Shown here: piece by piece, positions 1 to 10,133 of the stretch | Layout of the letters: each line of letters opens with the position of its first letter | How positions within the stretch are numbered: position 1 is the stretch's first letter | Notes under the pieces: model-generated | Databases searched by the model: none | What the model was told of the DNA's origin: nothing | What the model saw: the letters and a program-made list of their open reading frames with translations, nothing else | Program-made: the position numbers and the translations under genes | Source of the DNA: Candidatus Poribacteria bacterium | Lineage (GTDB): Bacteria > Poribacteria > WGA-4E > WGA-3G | NCBI GenBank assembly: GCA_965198235.1 | Contig: OZ240248.1 | Span: 3,104,001 to 3,168,000 of the forward strand | Direction: 5' to 3' | Length of the DNA: 64,000 nucleotides

Positions 1-3000
1 TTTCAAAATGGCTTTCAGCCTTCGGCTGTCGGCTTTCAGTGAAGATGTTTTCTTGCCGATTGCTGATTGCTGACGGCTGTCGGCTATTTTGGCGTGAGAA
101 CACGGCTTTTCCTTGAACACGGTAGGGACCATCTCCCATCAGTCCGTGCGCCTCCGCCCTTTGAATACGTACGAATTCTGAATCGAAGTGAATATCTACA
201 CGAAGTCTCTCCAACGTAAGAGAGGGAATATAAGAGACCAAGCGGATCGGACGCTGTAAGGCTGTTTCAGCGTATAGTAGAGCAAGAGGCTCAGCGAGCG
301 TACCACCGATCTCTACTGAAGCTTCTAAAATTCCAGTTATCTCGTCACCAGAGACAAGGGTATCGATAGCTTCCATCGGTAAGGTAGCGAGATCTAAGGC
401 AATCGTATCGACGCGGAGGTGTAACTCCGAGTTATTGATCTCTTCGGGCTGAACGTCAATATACCCTTCCAAGTTCACGTCGTTACCGAAGAGTTTGAAA
501 GCGCACCCCTCAAAACGCAGCGTCTTCTCCTGATATGTTATTGCACCACCCGCATCGGCGATGTCAATATCACCCGCTTCTGTTTCTAATGTTAGCGTCG
601 GGATTGCCCATTCTAACTGAACACTGGGTTGGGTGGGTGTTCCTGTCGCTTTCAAGTCGTAACGGGCGACACCGGTTTGCAGCATGCCAATCGGAAGTCC
701 CAATGCGTCTGCAAACGGCGGCAGCGCGAACCCGTCAGATACAACGTGCAGGTTCATCGTCTCACTTTTTGCATCCAGGGTTCCTGTCAATTCAAGAAAT
801 GGGTTTTTTAATGATTCGCTAGGCGTTAAATCAAGCGATTGGTTTAGCGACGGTTTTTTCTTAACCTCCGCCTGCGCCGTTGTTGCAGGCTGCCGTTTTT
901 TTGTTGATTCAGATGTCCTTAAGGAAAGGACATCGATTGTCCATTTGTCGTCTTTGAGATGCAGGCGAATCGGTTCAGCATTTGTGAACGTAATTCCCTG
1001 CGCTGTAGTGGTCTCGTAGTGGAGTTGGGAGGTCCTGACAAGAATATCCACATCGTAGGGATAGATCTGCTGTTTCTGGGATTCAGAGGCTATGTTCTCG
1101 GCTGATGGCGCAAGGTCTGCCACTGTTCCACTTATTGACGCGCTCCCGCCAGCGGTCCCTGTAACCGCTTCAAGTGCTGGGTGTAGTATGGGCAGGATCG
1201 GTGTAATATTAAATGTCTCACTCTCCGCTGTGAATTGGTACGGATTCCCTGTAGCCATGCTGACGTAACCCTGAATCCGGCTTGTTCTCTCAAACCCGTG
1301 TCCATGGAAGTCGAAGAAACTGGCGAAAATATCAGGTTCACCGCCGGTTTCAGAGTTATCAGTGTATTGGCTATCAGCCATCGGTTTCCGTCGGTTGTCG
1401 GTTAAGAGGTTTTTTGGTGAAGTGACACCCTCTTGCTCAGACTCTCCCACGCGCTTCAAAAGCTTTGTATCAGTAGGTGTGGGCGAGTCTGTGCTGACGG
1501 CTGACGGCTGAAGACTATTTTCTACGAGTGTGCCGAGCAGATAGACATCACCGAGCGGATATTTCGTCCCGCGTTCGTTATGTAGGAAGGTTACATCTGA
1601 GAAATCGAGTTCAACCTGAAAATCGGCACTTACCGGTTTTTTGAGCGTTCCAACGACCCGAACATCGAATCGTCCTTCAAAGGGGAAATCGGAGAGGTTT
1701 GCCGCCTTTGCAATTTCTTCTAAGTGGACAGACGCGTCGCTTTCGAGGCGGAGGTCATAGTCACCGTTCGAGGCTACTGCAACATTAAGTGTAACCTGCT
1801 GCCCGCGGGTAGTCATCTTGAAGTCTGGCACTGTGAGGTTGTAATCCTCAATTTCCAAAGGGAGCGTCAGCGGATCCAAATGAATACCCCATGCTACGCC
1901 TTCGGTAACACTGAAGTTAGCAGTGCCATCCAGATTGATGAGCGTTCCATCCAATTTGAGTTCGCCTCTGATTTCACCGTCTACAGGATATTCGGCACCT
2001 AACAATAGTTTCGAGTAATGTTGAACGTAAACCGGATCGGCGACGATGCTGAAATTCGCTGGGAATTCGTCTTTGACCTCCACAGTCCCCGTAATTGTGG
2101 TCCGACTCTCGTATTCAGTTTTTCTAATTATTGCTCCTGGGCTGCCCTCCACTGTGGGAGGGGTTTGTAACCCCGATTTCTTTCGGTCAGGTTTTTGGTT
2201 GATTCCACCTGAGTTAGGGAAATCAGGTGTGGCTTCTATGGTGTTTTTCGTCATCAAACCGTTTTCGATAAATACCCGTCCGTCTTGATAGCGAAAATTA
2301 CCCGCCAAAATGCCGATCGGAATGTCATTGAAGGTCGCATTCAGGATTTCCATAAACCCGGTCAGTGTGCCCTCCGATAACTGCGCAGACAATTCCGCTG
2401 TCCCGCTGATATCCGTACTGTTGGCGATTTTCATTAGGTCATCGAAATTGATGCCCAAGGCGTGAATCTCCAACACATCTTGTTGGTCCAAGGGGAAGGG
2501 ACCTGTGATATTAATCTCGGTTTCATCTAAGTTCCCGTCGATTTTCAATTCACCCGCTGCTATTGTGCAATTGAACATTGAATCGTCAAGTTTCACTTCG
2601 TCGAGGGTTGTTTCTGTTAGCACTATCTTACTGTCGAGTTCGAGACTTTGTAGGGGCGAGGTAACCTCGCCCCTACGTCCGCCGAATTCTCCGCTGCCGG
2701 AGAGAAGTCCTGTGCTATCTACAAGGTTTTCTGGCAGTTGGACGAACATCGACAGCAGGGGAATCAGCTGTATTTTTGTAGCATCCCATTTTCCACGGTA
2801 GCGAATCGGATGGAGCGTTAATTGTTGAAGCTGCGTTAGCAGATCGCCTTCCAACGCGTTTTCTGATGTGATGCTTCCATCGCCGACCACGGTGCCGTCG
2901 GCGACTTGGAAACTAAGTTTTTTTAATGTGAATATTGGGGAGGGTTCAGAATTGAAATCCGCGTCAACATGTCCTGCTGTCAACGCTATATTGGGGAGAC

Positions 3001-3922
3001 CGTTCTCTGCTGTGACAACGGAGAACGTCGGTATTTTCACAGAGAGTGTGCCTACTAAGGCAGAATCTGTACCGTTCACTGTCAGCGTTGCATCAACATC
3101 ACCTTCAAGTTCGATGTCTTCGCCAAAAAACGGCTCTACATCTACTACGTTCAGGTTCAAGTCAAGTCTGCTGTTCCAAGAGGTGGCGGTTTTTCCGTGG
3201 ATAAATCCACCTCTAACCTCCAAATTGGAGTCGCCAAATTCCAGTTGGAGTCTATCTAATGTGGTACCGCTGGCTAAAATCTGAAAATCGGCATCAAAGT
3301 TGTTGATCGCAGTTTCGGCACCGTTGACCCTGAAACTACCACTTTTAATTTTAAACGTTCCTTCATGCTTCCATGTGTTGAGCGGTCCCTTTACCTCAAT
3401 AGAAACGCCTTCAATACTTAGATCAAGGTTCCGTTGCGTGTCGGTGTAGTCGATGGTGCCGTCAGTAAAGTGGAGCAATTCAATGGCAAAACCGAATTCT
3501 GGCGTGTCCTTACGGGTCGGATTTTCACGGAAAATATTGAACAGATTGAGTTCATCAGGGTCGGGCTTCGCATGGATTTGTGGGGTCTTCACACTTAGTT
3601 CCTTCACCTCAAATTTGCGAGTTAACAACCCTAACAGATTATATTTAAGTACAACTTTTCCTGTGGAGATTACCGGCAGGTTTGTCTCGTCTTTTTTGGA
3701 AATTGCGATACTCTCGACAGTAACACTTCCTAAAATATTCCCCTCTATGTTGCCGATGCGTGCCTTGTAGTTGGTGTCTATCCGATTTTTGAGTTCGGTC
3801 TCAAGCCGTCCCTCTACCCAACCCAGAAAGGTCCTTGAGCGGATAAAGAAAAGAGTTCCACATAGCCCGACAATGAGAAATATCCCGACGAAAATAGATA
3901 TTTTTTGGAGTCTTTTTCGCAT
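1..3922 (-). CDS. Large AsmA/TamB-like envelope protein (partial; runs off window start), with in-frame repeat insertions
   Basis: ATG at 3922 (MRKRLQKISIFVGIFLIVGLCGTLFFIRS..., N-terminal TM anchor), followed by beta-rich AsmA/TamB-like sequence. Segments I translated by hand (1-120, 1321-1530, 2101-2160, 2641-2700) have no stop. Its absence from the ORF track fits a frame open to the window edge. Confidence 0.75.
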   Translation of the reverse strand, partial: MRKRLQKISIFVGIFLIVGLCGTLFFIRSRTFLGWVEGRLETELKNRIDTNYKARIGNIEGNILGSVTVESIAISKKDETNLPVISTGKVVLKYNLLGLLTRKFEVKELSVKTPQIHAKPDPDELNLFNIFRENPTRKDTPEFGFAIELLHFTDGTIDYTDTQRNLDLSIEGVSIEVKGPLNTWKHEGTFKIKSGSFRVNGAETAINNFDADFQILASGTTLDRLQLEFGDSNLEVRGGFIHGKTATSWNSRLDLNLNVVDVEPFFGEDIELEGDVDATLTVNGTDSALVGTLSVKIPTFSVVTAENGLPNIALTAGHVDADFNSEPSPIFTLKKLSFQVADGTVVGDGSITSENALEGDLLTQLQQLTLHPIRYRGKWDATKIQLIPLLSMFVQLPENLVDSTGLLSGSGEFGGRRGEVTSPLQSLELDSKIVLTETTLDEVKLDDSMFNCTIAAGELKIDGNLDETEINITGPFPLDQQDVLEIHALGINFDDLMKIANSTDISGTAELSAQLSEGTLTGFMEILNATFNDIPIGILAGNFRYQDGRVFIENGLMTKNTIEATPDFPNSGGINQKPDRKKSGLQTPPTVEGSPGAIIRKTEYESRTTITGTVEVKDEFPANFSIVADPVYVQHYSKLLLGAEYPVDGEIRGELKLDGTLINLDGTANFSVTEGVAWGIHLDPLTLPLEIEDYNLTVPDFKMTTRGQQVTLNVAVASNGDYDLRLESDASVHLEEIAKAANLSDFPFEGRFDVRVVGTLKKPVSADFQVELDFSDVTFLHNERGTKYPLGDVYLLGTLVENSLQPSAVSTDSPTPTDTKLLKRVGESEQEGVTSPKNLLTDNRRKPMADSQYTDNSETGGEPDIFASFFDFHGHGFERTSRIQGYVSMATGNPYQFTAESETFNITPILPILHPALEAVTGTAGGSASISGTVADLAPSAENIASESQKQQIYPYDVDILVRTSQLHYETTTAQGITFTNAEPIRLHLKDDKWTIDVLSLRTSESTKKRQPATTAQAEVKKKPSLNQSLDLTPSESLKNPFLELTGTLDAKSETMNLHVVSDGFALPPFADALGLPIGMLQTGVARYDLKATGTPTQPSVQLEWAIPTLTLETEAGDIDIADAGGAITYQEKTLRFEGCAFKLFGNDVNLEGYIDVQPEEINNSELHLRVDTIALDLATLPMEAIDTLVSGDEITGILEASVEIGGTLAEPLALLYAETALQRPIRLVSYIPSLTLERLRVDIHFDSEFVRIQRAEAHGLMGDGPYRVQGKAVFSRQNSRQPSAISNRQENIFTESRQPKAESHFE

Positions 3923-4059
3923 ATTTTAATTTATGGTCCTCTGAGCGATGCCTCCGTTGTTGGCATCGAATGTAAAATTGTTAAGAAACCTTTGATAATC
4001 TAAAGTCGGGTTTTTAACGATTGGAAGACTGCGCGGAACGTTTTTCTAACTATAGAAAT

Positions 4060-4133
4060 CTGGGCGTTGCTCCAAATGTAAAGCAAAGACAAATTATGCC
4101 ATTTAAGGAAACCTAATTTCATTCCGCAACGGT
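4060..4133. repeat. 74-bp dispersed repeat module; exact inverted copy at 7421-7494, interrupted copy at about 11001-11125
   Basis: ctgggcgttgctccaaatgtaaagc...cattccgcaacggt is the reverse complement of 7421-7494. Confidence 0.9.
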
Positions 4134-4218
4134 GGAAGTTGTGTCAACTGCTCCAGGTGCTGAAAGGAATTCCTTTGAAGTTCTCCAGCGGAGAGCCATG
4201 TCTATAGAGAAGTGCAGC

Positions 4219-5085
4219 TCAGGAGTACATAGTTAAAAAAGCCGCCTCTACAATCTCTGCAGTCGTTTGCTGGGCTTGCTGGGAATTCGTCCGTTCATCT
4301 GCTGGAGTATCCATGTGAACCGTAAGCCAAAGCAAGTACTCAATATTTCCGATGTCCTTGTGGATCGGTGAATAGGTCAGTCCTCTCACTGTGGCTCCGA
4401 GTTTTTCCGTGACGAAAGCACTGAGGTTATCTATCGTCTGGATATGTACCTGTTTGTCAGACACGATTCCACCTTTTTTCACATGTTCCTTTCCTGCTTC
4501 AAATTGCGGTTTGAGCAGTGCGATGATGTCGTAATCCGTTTCTACGCGCCCTTCCTGTTGTGTTATAAGTTTGATGACACTCGGCAGTACCGTCCTCAAA
4601 GAGATAAAAGAGACATCGATCACAGCGATGGAGGCACAGTCTTCCGTGTCATTCAACACCGATGTTTTTAGAAGTGCTGGCGTTAGGTGTCGGATGTTCG
4701 TTTTCTCAATCGGTTGCACTTGTGGATGCGTCCGAAGTTTCCACGCCAGTTGTCCATAACCGACATCGATGGCATAGACGAATTTCGCACCGTGCTGGAG
4801 GAGGCAGTCTGTGAACCCGCCTGTTGACGCACCAACATCAAGCGCAACCCGATTTTGGACGTTTATATCAAAGGTGTGGAACACCTTTTCTAACTTGAGC
4901 CCGCCTCGGCTGACATATTTTTGTTGCTGCTGCACGACCACCTTGGCATCGGAGGGGATACGCTGCCCTGGCTTAATTCTGGAGTTCCCGTTAACAGTTA
5001 CCGCACCCGCAAGAATGAGCCGTTTCGCCTGTTCCCGACTCTCTACCAAGTCGTGCTCTACCAGAAAGGTGTCTATCCGTTGCAT
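4219..5085 (-). CDS. tlyA: TlyA family rRNA 2'-O-methyltransferase
   Basis: S4-like N-terminus; YVSRGGLKL, LDVGASTGGFTDCLLQ, DVSFISL and KPQFE motifs; follows dxs. Confidence 0.95.
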   Translation of the reverse strand: MQRIDTFLVEHDLVESREQAKRLILAGAVTVNGNSRIKPGQRIPSDAKVVVQQQQKYVSRGGLKLEKVFHTFDINVQNRVALDVGASTGGFTDCLLQHGAKFVYAIDVGYGQLAWKLRTHPQVQPIEKTNIRHLTPALLKTSVLNDTEDCASIAVIDVSFISLRTVLPSVIKLITQQEGRVETDYDIIALLKPQFEAGKEHVKKGGIVSDKQVHIQTIDNLSAFVTEKLGATVRGLTYSPIHKDIGNIEYLLWLTVHMDTPADERTNSQQAQQTTAEIVEAAFLTMYS

Positions 5086-5369
5086 TTTTTTAACGATTGG
5101 CCTCTGCGCATCGTTCCACTACGTTCCACGATGGTTTCCGGCGAAGGTCCATGGGGTTGGTAACATGAAATCGATTTTCAGATTTTTTAACGATTGGCCA
5201 TTGCACATCGTTTCTCTATAGAGATTGTTTCGCAGTGAGAACCCTAAGAGTCGAGGGAAACACCCCAGCAAAAACACCCCTCCCACAGTTCAGTTCTCGT
5301 TGAAATTGACCAAAAACCTGCCTGAAACGTAGTGGAAGGCAGATCGAGGGCCAATTATTTAAAAACCAA

Positions 5370-7220
5370 TTATTTAAAAGCCTGAGCTGTGCGAACAACC
5401 GCATCGGCATCGCACTGACATAAGGCATAGAGATGCGGGACATCACCGTGTTCAATAAATTCATCTGGAATGCCGAGATTTCTGATCTGCACATCTTTGA
5501 TACCTGCCGCGGCGATCGCTTCCAAAACTGCACTACCGAAACCGCCCATTATCACGCCATCTTCAATCGTAATTACCTTACCGATCCGTTCCGCAAGCGG
5601 TAGAATCGTTTCAGTGTCCAGCGGCTTGACAAATCGTGCGTTAATAACCGCCGCTGAGATTCCAGAATCGGCTAACGTTTGTGCAGCTTCAAGCGCAGGA
5701 TAGACGCGATTGCCGATGGCAATCACGAGCACATCCTCACCCTCTCTAACGATTTCACTTTTTCCAATCGGTAGTGCCTGCGGTTCCGCTGCTATTTTCA
5801 CACCGACACCGGTGCCGCGCGGGTAACGGAACGCAATGGGACCCTCTTGATACGCCACGGCTGTCTTCACCATAGATTGTAGTTCGTTCTCGTCTTTGGG
5901 TGCCATGACGACCATGTTTGGAATAGAGCGGAGAAATGCCAAATCGAAAACGCCGTGATGCGTTGGACCATCCGCCCCGACAAGCCCGCTTCTGTCCAAT
6001 GCGAAAATAACCGGAAGGTTTTGGATACACACGTCGTGTAACACTTGGTCGTAACTTCGCTGGAGGAAGGTGGAATAGATAGCGGCAACGGGACGCATTC
6101 CTTGGGTAGCAAGTCCACCCGCAAACGTAACGGCGCACTGCTCTGCCAAGCCGATATCGAAGCATCGACTCGGAAATGCGCTGGCAAATTTATCGAGCCC
6201 TGTACCACCGGGCATCGCTGCCGTCACACCGACGATTCGTGCATCACGTTTCGCTAATTCAATCAACGTTCGGCTGAATACTTCCGTATAGGCGGGTGCT
6301 TCAGGTTTCGGTTTGGTTGTCTTTCCTGTTTTCAGATTGAACGGACCACTGACACTATAGAACCCGACGGGATCTTCTTCTGCTGGCGTATAGCCGCGAC
6401 CCTTTTCGGTTACGACATGCAGTAAAATAGGACCCGTGAGACTGCGGATGCCCGTCAAAACCGGGATCAATGCCTCTAAATCGTTACCATCGAGCGGACC
6501 GAAATAGCGGAATCCGAATTCCTCAAACAGAGTACCCGGTTTCAAGGATGCTTCAATCTTCCTTGCTATCTGCTTGGCATCTTCTGAAATCAAGTTCATC
6601 AACCCTTTCGCACCAGAGCGGAGGAAGTTGTACTGTGGTGAACTCGTGAGCTTGTGAAAATGTTTAGAGAACGCGCCGACAGTCGCTGAAATGGACATGT
6701 TGTTGTCGTTGAGAATGATGGTCATATCGTTTCTAAAGTCACCGGCGGCGTTCAACGCTTCAAATGCCATTCCACCTGTTAACCCGCCGTCTCCGATGAC
6801 AGCGACGACTTTGTAATGTTCATTGATGAGATCTCTGGCAGTGGCGACCCCTAATGCCGCGGCAATAGAAGTACTGGAGTGTCCCGCACCAAAGACATCA
6901 TATTCACTCTCGGCTCTGCTGAGGAACCCGCTGATACCACCACTTTGTCGGAGGGTTGGGAACGATTCCCGTCTTCCGGTGAGCAGTTTATGCGGATACG
7001 CCTGATGCCCGATGTCCCAGATGACTTTGTCGCGCGGTGTATCATATACTTTGTGCAACGCGATTGCGAGTTCGACCGTCCCGAAGTTCGGCGCGAAATG
7101 CCCTGGATGCTCAGAGAGCACTGCCAATAGATAGGCGCGCATCTCATCAGCGAGTACTTTGAGTTCATCGAGCTCAAGTTTTTTCAAATCTGCCGGGTTG
7201 TTAATTGTTTCTAAGAACAT
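5370..7220 (-). CDS. dxs: 1-deoxy-D-xylulose-5-phosphate synthase
   Basis: WDIGHQAYPHK, GHSSTSI, GDGGLTGGMAFEALN, YSTFLQRSYDQ and DGPTHHG motifs. Confidence 0.98.
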   Translation of the reverse strand: MFLETINNPADLKKLELDELKVLADEMRAYLLAVLSEHPGHFAPNFGTVELAIALHKVYDTPRDKVIWDIGHQAYPHKLLTGRRESFPTLRQSGGISGFLSRAESEYDVFGAGHSSTSIAAALGVATARDLINEHYKVVAVIGDGGLTGGMAFEALNAAGDFRNDMTIILNDNNMSISATVGAFSKHFHKLTSSPQYNFLRSGAKGLMNLISEDAKQIARKIEASLKPGTLFEEFGFRYFGPLDGNDLEALIPVLTGIRSLTGPILLHVVTEKGRGYTPAEEDPVGFYSVSGPFNLKTGKTTKPKPEAPAYTEVFSRTLIELAKRDARIVGVTAAMPGGTGLDKFASAFPSRCFDIGLAEQCAVTFAGGLATQGMRPVAAIYSTFLQRSYDQVLHDVCIQNLPVIFALDRSGLVGADGPTHHGVFDLAFLRSIPNMVVMAPKDENELQSMVKTAVAYQEGPIAFRYPRGTGVGVKIAAEPQALPIGKSEIVREGEDVLVIAIGNRVYPALEAAQTLADSGISAAVINARFVKPLDTETILPLAERIGKVITIEDGVIMGGFGSAVLEAIAAAGIKDVQIRNLGIPDEFIEHGDVPHLYALCQCDADAVVRTAQAFK

Positions 7221-7504
7221 ATTTTTAACTATGTGCTTCCGGTCGGCGTTTCCGTTGTCAACGCCGGTATAAAATTGGTTAAAAAAACAGGTTTTAGGTT
7301 TGAAAAATTTTTACGATTTTCTAACGACAGCATCCTCGGCATCGTTCCACTTCGTTTCACGATGTATCTGGTAAACTCCAACCCACTCTAGGAGTTCAAA
7401 AGGTTCTGACTTCACCAGAGACCGTTGCGGAATGAAATTAGGTTTCCTTAAATGGCATAATTTGTCTTTGCTTTACATTTGGAGCAACGCCCAGGAGTAA
7501 TAAA

Positions 7505-7690
7505 TTAAAAATCTGTTTCGAGAACGGTTTCTACCCGCTGTTCAGCGTTTTCGAGCATCTGCCTGCATGATGAAATTAAACCGATGCCTTCTTCAAAGAG
7601 TTTGAGAGAATCCTCAAGCGGTAGTTCGTTACCTTCTTCGAGTTGTTCAACAATTTGTGTCAGTTTTCTGAGTTTTTCTTCAAATGTCAT
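7505..7690 (-). CDS. xseB: Exodeoxyribonuclease VII small subunit
   Basis: TFEEKLRKL...LEEG..LPLEDSLKLFEEG; adjacent to xseA. Confidence 0.93.
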   Translation of the reverse strand: MTFEEKLRKLTQIVEQLEEGNELPLEDSLKLFEEGIGLISSCRQMLENAEQRVETVLETDF

Positions 7691-7931
7691 TTTTTTACCT
7701 ATTCGCTCCTGGGCTGCCTTCCCCTATAAACATATCGCCCCGTTGGGGCTAAAATCCAATTGGCTATCGGCGTATTGTCAATCGGAAACCATCATTTTTT
7801 AATTTATGTGCCTCTGAGCATCACTCCACTCCGCTCTGTGTCCCTCCCCAGTAACGGGCGGGGACCCCGGTGTCTGGTCATTTTCAACGGGGCTGAACCC
7901 CGTAGGGGTGAAATGTCTGTAGAGGATACGG

Positions 7932-9161
7932 CTATTCCTCTGACAGGAGTTCCTCAACGCGACATGCCAGATGCCCATCTGCGAGTTGAATCTCAACACT
8001 ATCGCCTATCGACACCTGTTCAGTCGAGGTGAGTACCGCTCCATCTGTTTTCCGACTGATGCTATATCCTCGCTGCAATGTTGCTAACGGACTCAGTGCG
8101 TTTAGGCGTTGCGCAAGTGTGTGAAGATCGCGTTCGCTATCGTTAAGTCGGCGTTCTACAGCCGTCCGGCACGCAGCGTCCAGAGTATCAATTGTTTGGT
8201 AAAGTTGGTAGATAGCGTCCTTACGCCGTGTCGGTGAGAGCCGCGTTTCAAGGTCTTCGAGGCGTGTTTTGTGCGCATCAAATTGTTCATTTATTATTCT
8301 CTGCAGCCCCGCGTCATAGCCATCTAATTGTGCAAGAAGTTCATCCTGATCTGGGACGATATGTTCAATTGCCGCCGAAGGTGTCGGAGCACGGTGATCT
8401 GCCACCATATCGGCGATAGTGAAATCTGTTTCGTGTCCGACAGCAGAGACAACTGGAATCGTGGAAGCGAAAATTGCACGCGCGACGAGTTCTTCGTTAA
8501 ATGCCCAGAGGTCTTCGATTGAACCACCACCCCGACCGACGATTAACACATCTATGTCGTCTCGCTGGTTCATCACTTGTAGTGCATGAGCGATCCCTTC
8601 TGCCGCTCCATCGCCTTGGACAAGTGTTGGATGCAGCAACACTTTGGCTAAGGGATACCGCTTGCGGAGTTGTTGACAGATGTCCTGAAACGCTGCACCT
8701 GTTGCAGACGTAACCACACCGATTTTTTTCGGGAATTCCGGCAACGGTTTTTTGTGATGAACCTCAAATAAGCCCTCTGCGGCGAGTTGCTGTTTCAACT
8801 CTTCAAAGGCTCTCTGCAACGCCCCAATTCCAAGCGGTTCTACCTTATTGGCGTTAATCTGATATTGTCCCCTGGCGGGATAAAGGTTCAGTCGCCCTTG
8901 TACGAGCACTTCCTCGCCGTCCTTCGGCACAAACCGGAGACCGGCGGCACTGCTCCGAAAGATGACAACTTGGATTTGGCTTCTGTCGTCCTTGAGCGTG
9001 AAATAGATATGCCCAGCACTGGATCGACTATAATTCGATACCTGTCCTTGGACCCACACATTTTGTAGGTGTGGCTGCTGTTCTATCAGACTTTTCAGCA
9101 GATCTGTTATTTCACTGACACTACGGACAGTTCTTGTTGGCATGGATATTTCTAATTGCAT
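7932..9161 (-). CDS. xseA: Exodeoxyribonuclease VII large subunit (true start may be 9143)
   Basis: GHIYFTLKD, GRGGGSIEDLWAFNEE, SAVGHETD and TPSAA motifs. Confidence 0.97.
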   Translation of the reverse strand: MQLEISMPTRTVRSVSEITDLLKSLIEQQPHLQNVWVQGQVSNYSRSSAGHIYFTLKDDRSQIQVVIFRSSAAGLRFVPKDGEEVLVQGRLNLYPARGQYQINANKVEPLGIGALQRAFEELKQQLAAEGLFEVHHKKPLPEFPKKIGVVTSATGAAFQDICQQLRKRYPLAKVLLHPTLVQGDGAAEGIAHALQVMNQRDDIDVLIVGRGGGSIEDLWAFNEELVARAIFASTIPVVSAVGHETDFTIADMVADHRAPTPSAAIEHIVPDQDELLAQLDGYDAGLQRIINEQFDAHKTRLEDLETRLSPTRRKDAIYQLYQTIDTLDAACRTAVERRLNDSERDLHTLAQRLNALSPLATLQRGYSISRKTDGAVLTSTEQVSIGDSVEIQLADGHLACRVEELLSEE

Positions 9162-9273
9162 ATCTGTTTAAATAGCCATCGGCTCTCGGGTCGCTTCGCT
9201 TTCGGCAGTCGGCTATCACTAAGAGAACCTTTTCACTGACCGCTGACAGAGAACCGATTACTGATGACTCTTC

Positions 9274-9320
9274 TGTAAGAGCGAGTGTTTTTGCTTGGGT
9301 GTTTCCCTCAGGCTCGCGAT
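9274..9320. repeat. GTAG-type REP hairpin carrying a nested 'tgtttttgcttgggtgtttccc' module; near-identical direct copy at 10194-10240
   Basis: Direct comparison of the two copies. The empty version tgtaggagcgagctgtgctcgcgat is at 10276-10300. Confidence 0.85.
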
Positions 9321-9356
9321 CTTGCTGATAACTGATAACTGACAACTGACTGCTGA

Positions 9357-10133
9357 TTAATACTGGTGCTGGATGGGCACAATACTCACTGCCAGCCCTG
9401 TTTGTTCGTCAAGTTCTATCTCGGCACCGCAGAGTTTGACATTCCCTTTGGCGACAGTAAAACGGGTGGGCATCATCGTCAAAAACCGTTTAAGTGAAAA
9501 ATCTATCTGCGTACCGATGACTGAATCATAAGGTCCCGTCATACCGACATCTGTAATGTAGGCGGTCCCTTGTGGAAGGACGCGCGCATCCGCTGTCTGA
9601 ACGTGCGTATGTGTGCCGAGCACCGCTCCTATCCTGCCGTCTGCGTGCCAGCCCATCGCGATTTTTTCAGAGGTCGCCTCTGCATGAAAATCGAGGAGGA
9701 TATAGGGTGTCACCGCTTTCACTTCAGGTAAAATCGAATTGAGTGCGTGAAACGGATTGGTGTAAGGACTCATGAAAATCTGTCCGGCGAGATTGATGAC
9801 ACCGAGTTGAGTTTGCCCGTCATCGGATGCAACAATGGTTACACCGCGCCCAGCGACATCGGTGGGATAATTCGCAGGTCGTATCAGTTGCGGTGTTGTA
9901 TCTATAAAGCTGAAAATCTCTCTATTATCCCAGACATGGTTTCCGGTTGTAATCGCGGAAATCCCGGAAGCCAGAAGTTGGTCAACGGTCTCAAACGTTA
10001 ACCCTTTCCCACCGGCTGTATTCTCTCCGTTTGCAACGATGAAGTCGTATTTGTGCCGGTGTTCTTCCAAAAACTTGATTGTTGCTGCTCTGCCTGGCTT
10101 TCCAACTATATCTCCGATAAACAGTATTCTCAT
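9357..10133 (-). CDS. YmdB-like (TIGR00282) metallophosphoesterase
   Basis: GDIVGKPGR, NGEN, GNHVWD, DFHAEATSEK, GTHTHV and TDVGMTG motifs. Confidence 0.95.
   Translation of the reverse strand: MRILFIGDIVGKPGRAATIKFLEEHRHKYDFIVANGENTAGGKGLTFETVDQLLASGISAITTGNHVWDNREIFSFIDTTPQLIRPANYPTDVAGRGVTIVASDDGQTQLGVINLAGQIFMSPYTNPFHALNSILPEVKAVTPYILLDFHAEATSEKIAMGWHADGRIGAVLGTHTHVQTADARVLPQGTAYITDVGMTGPYDSVIGTQIDFSLKRFLTMMPTRFTVAKGNVKLCGAEIELDEQTGLAVSIVPIQHQY

Noticed and set aside
535-3770. Many short plus-strand ORFs
   Set aside because: They are antisense shadows of the long minus-strand TamB-like frame.
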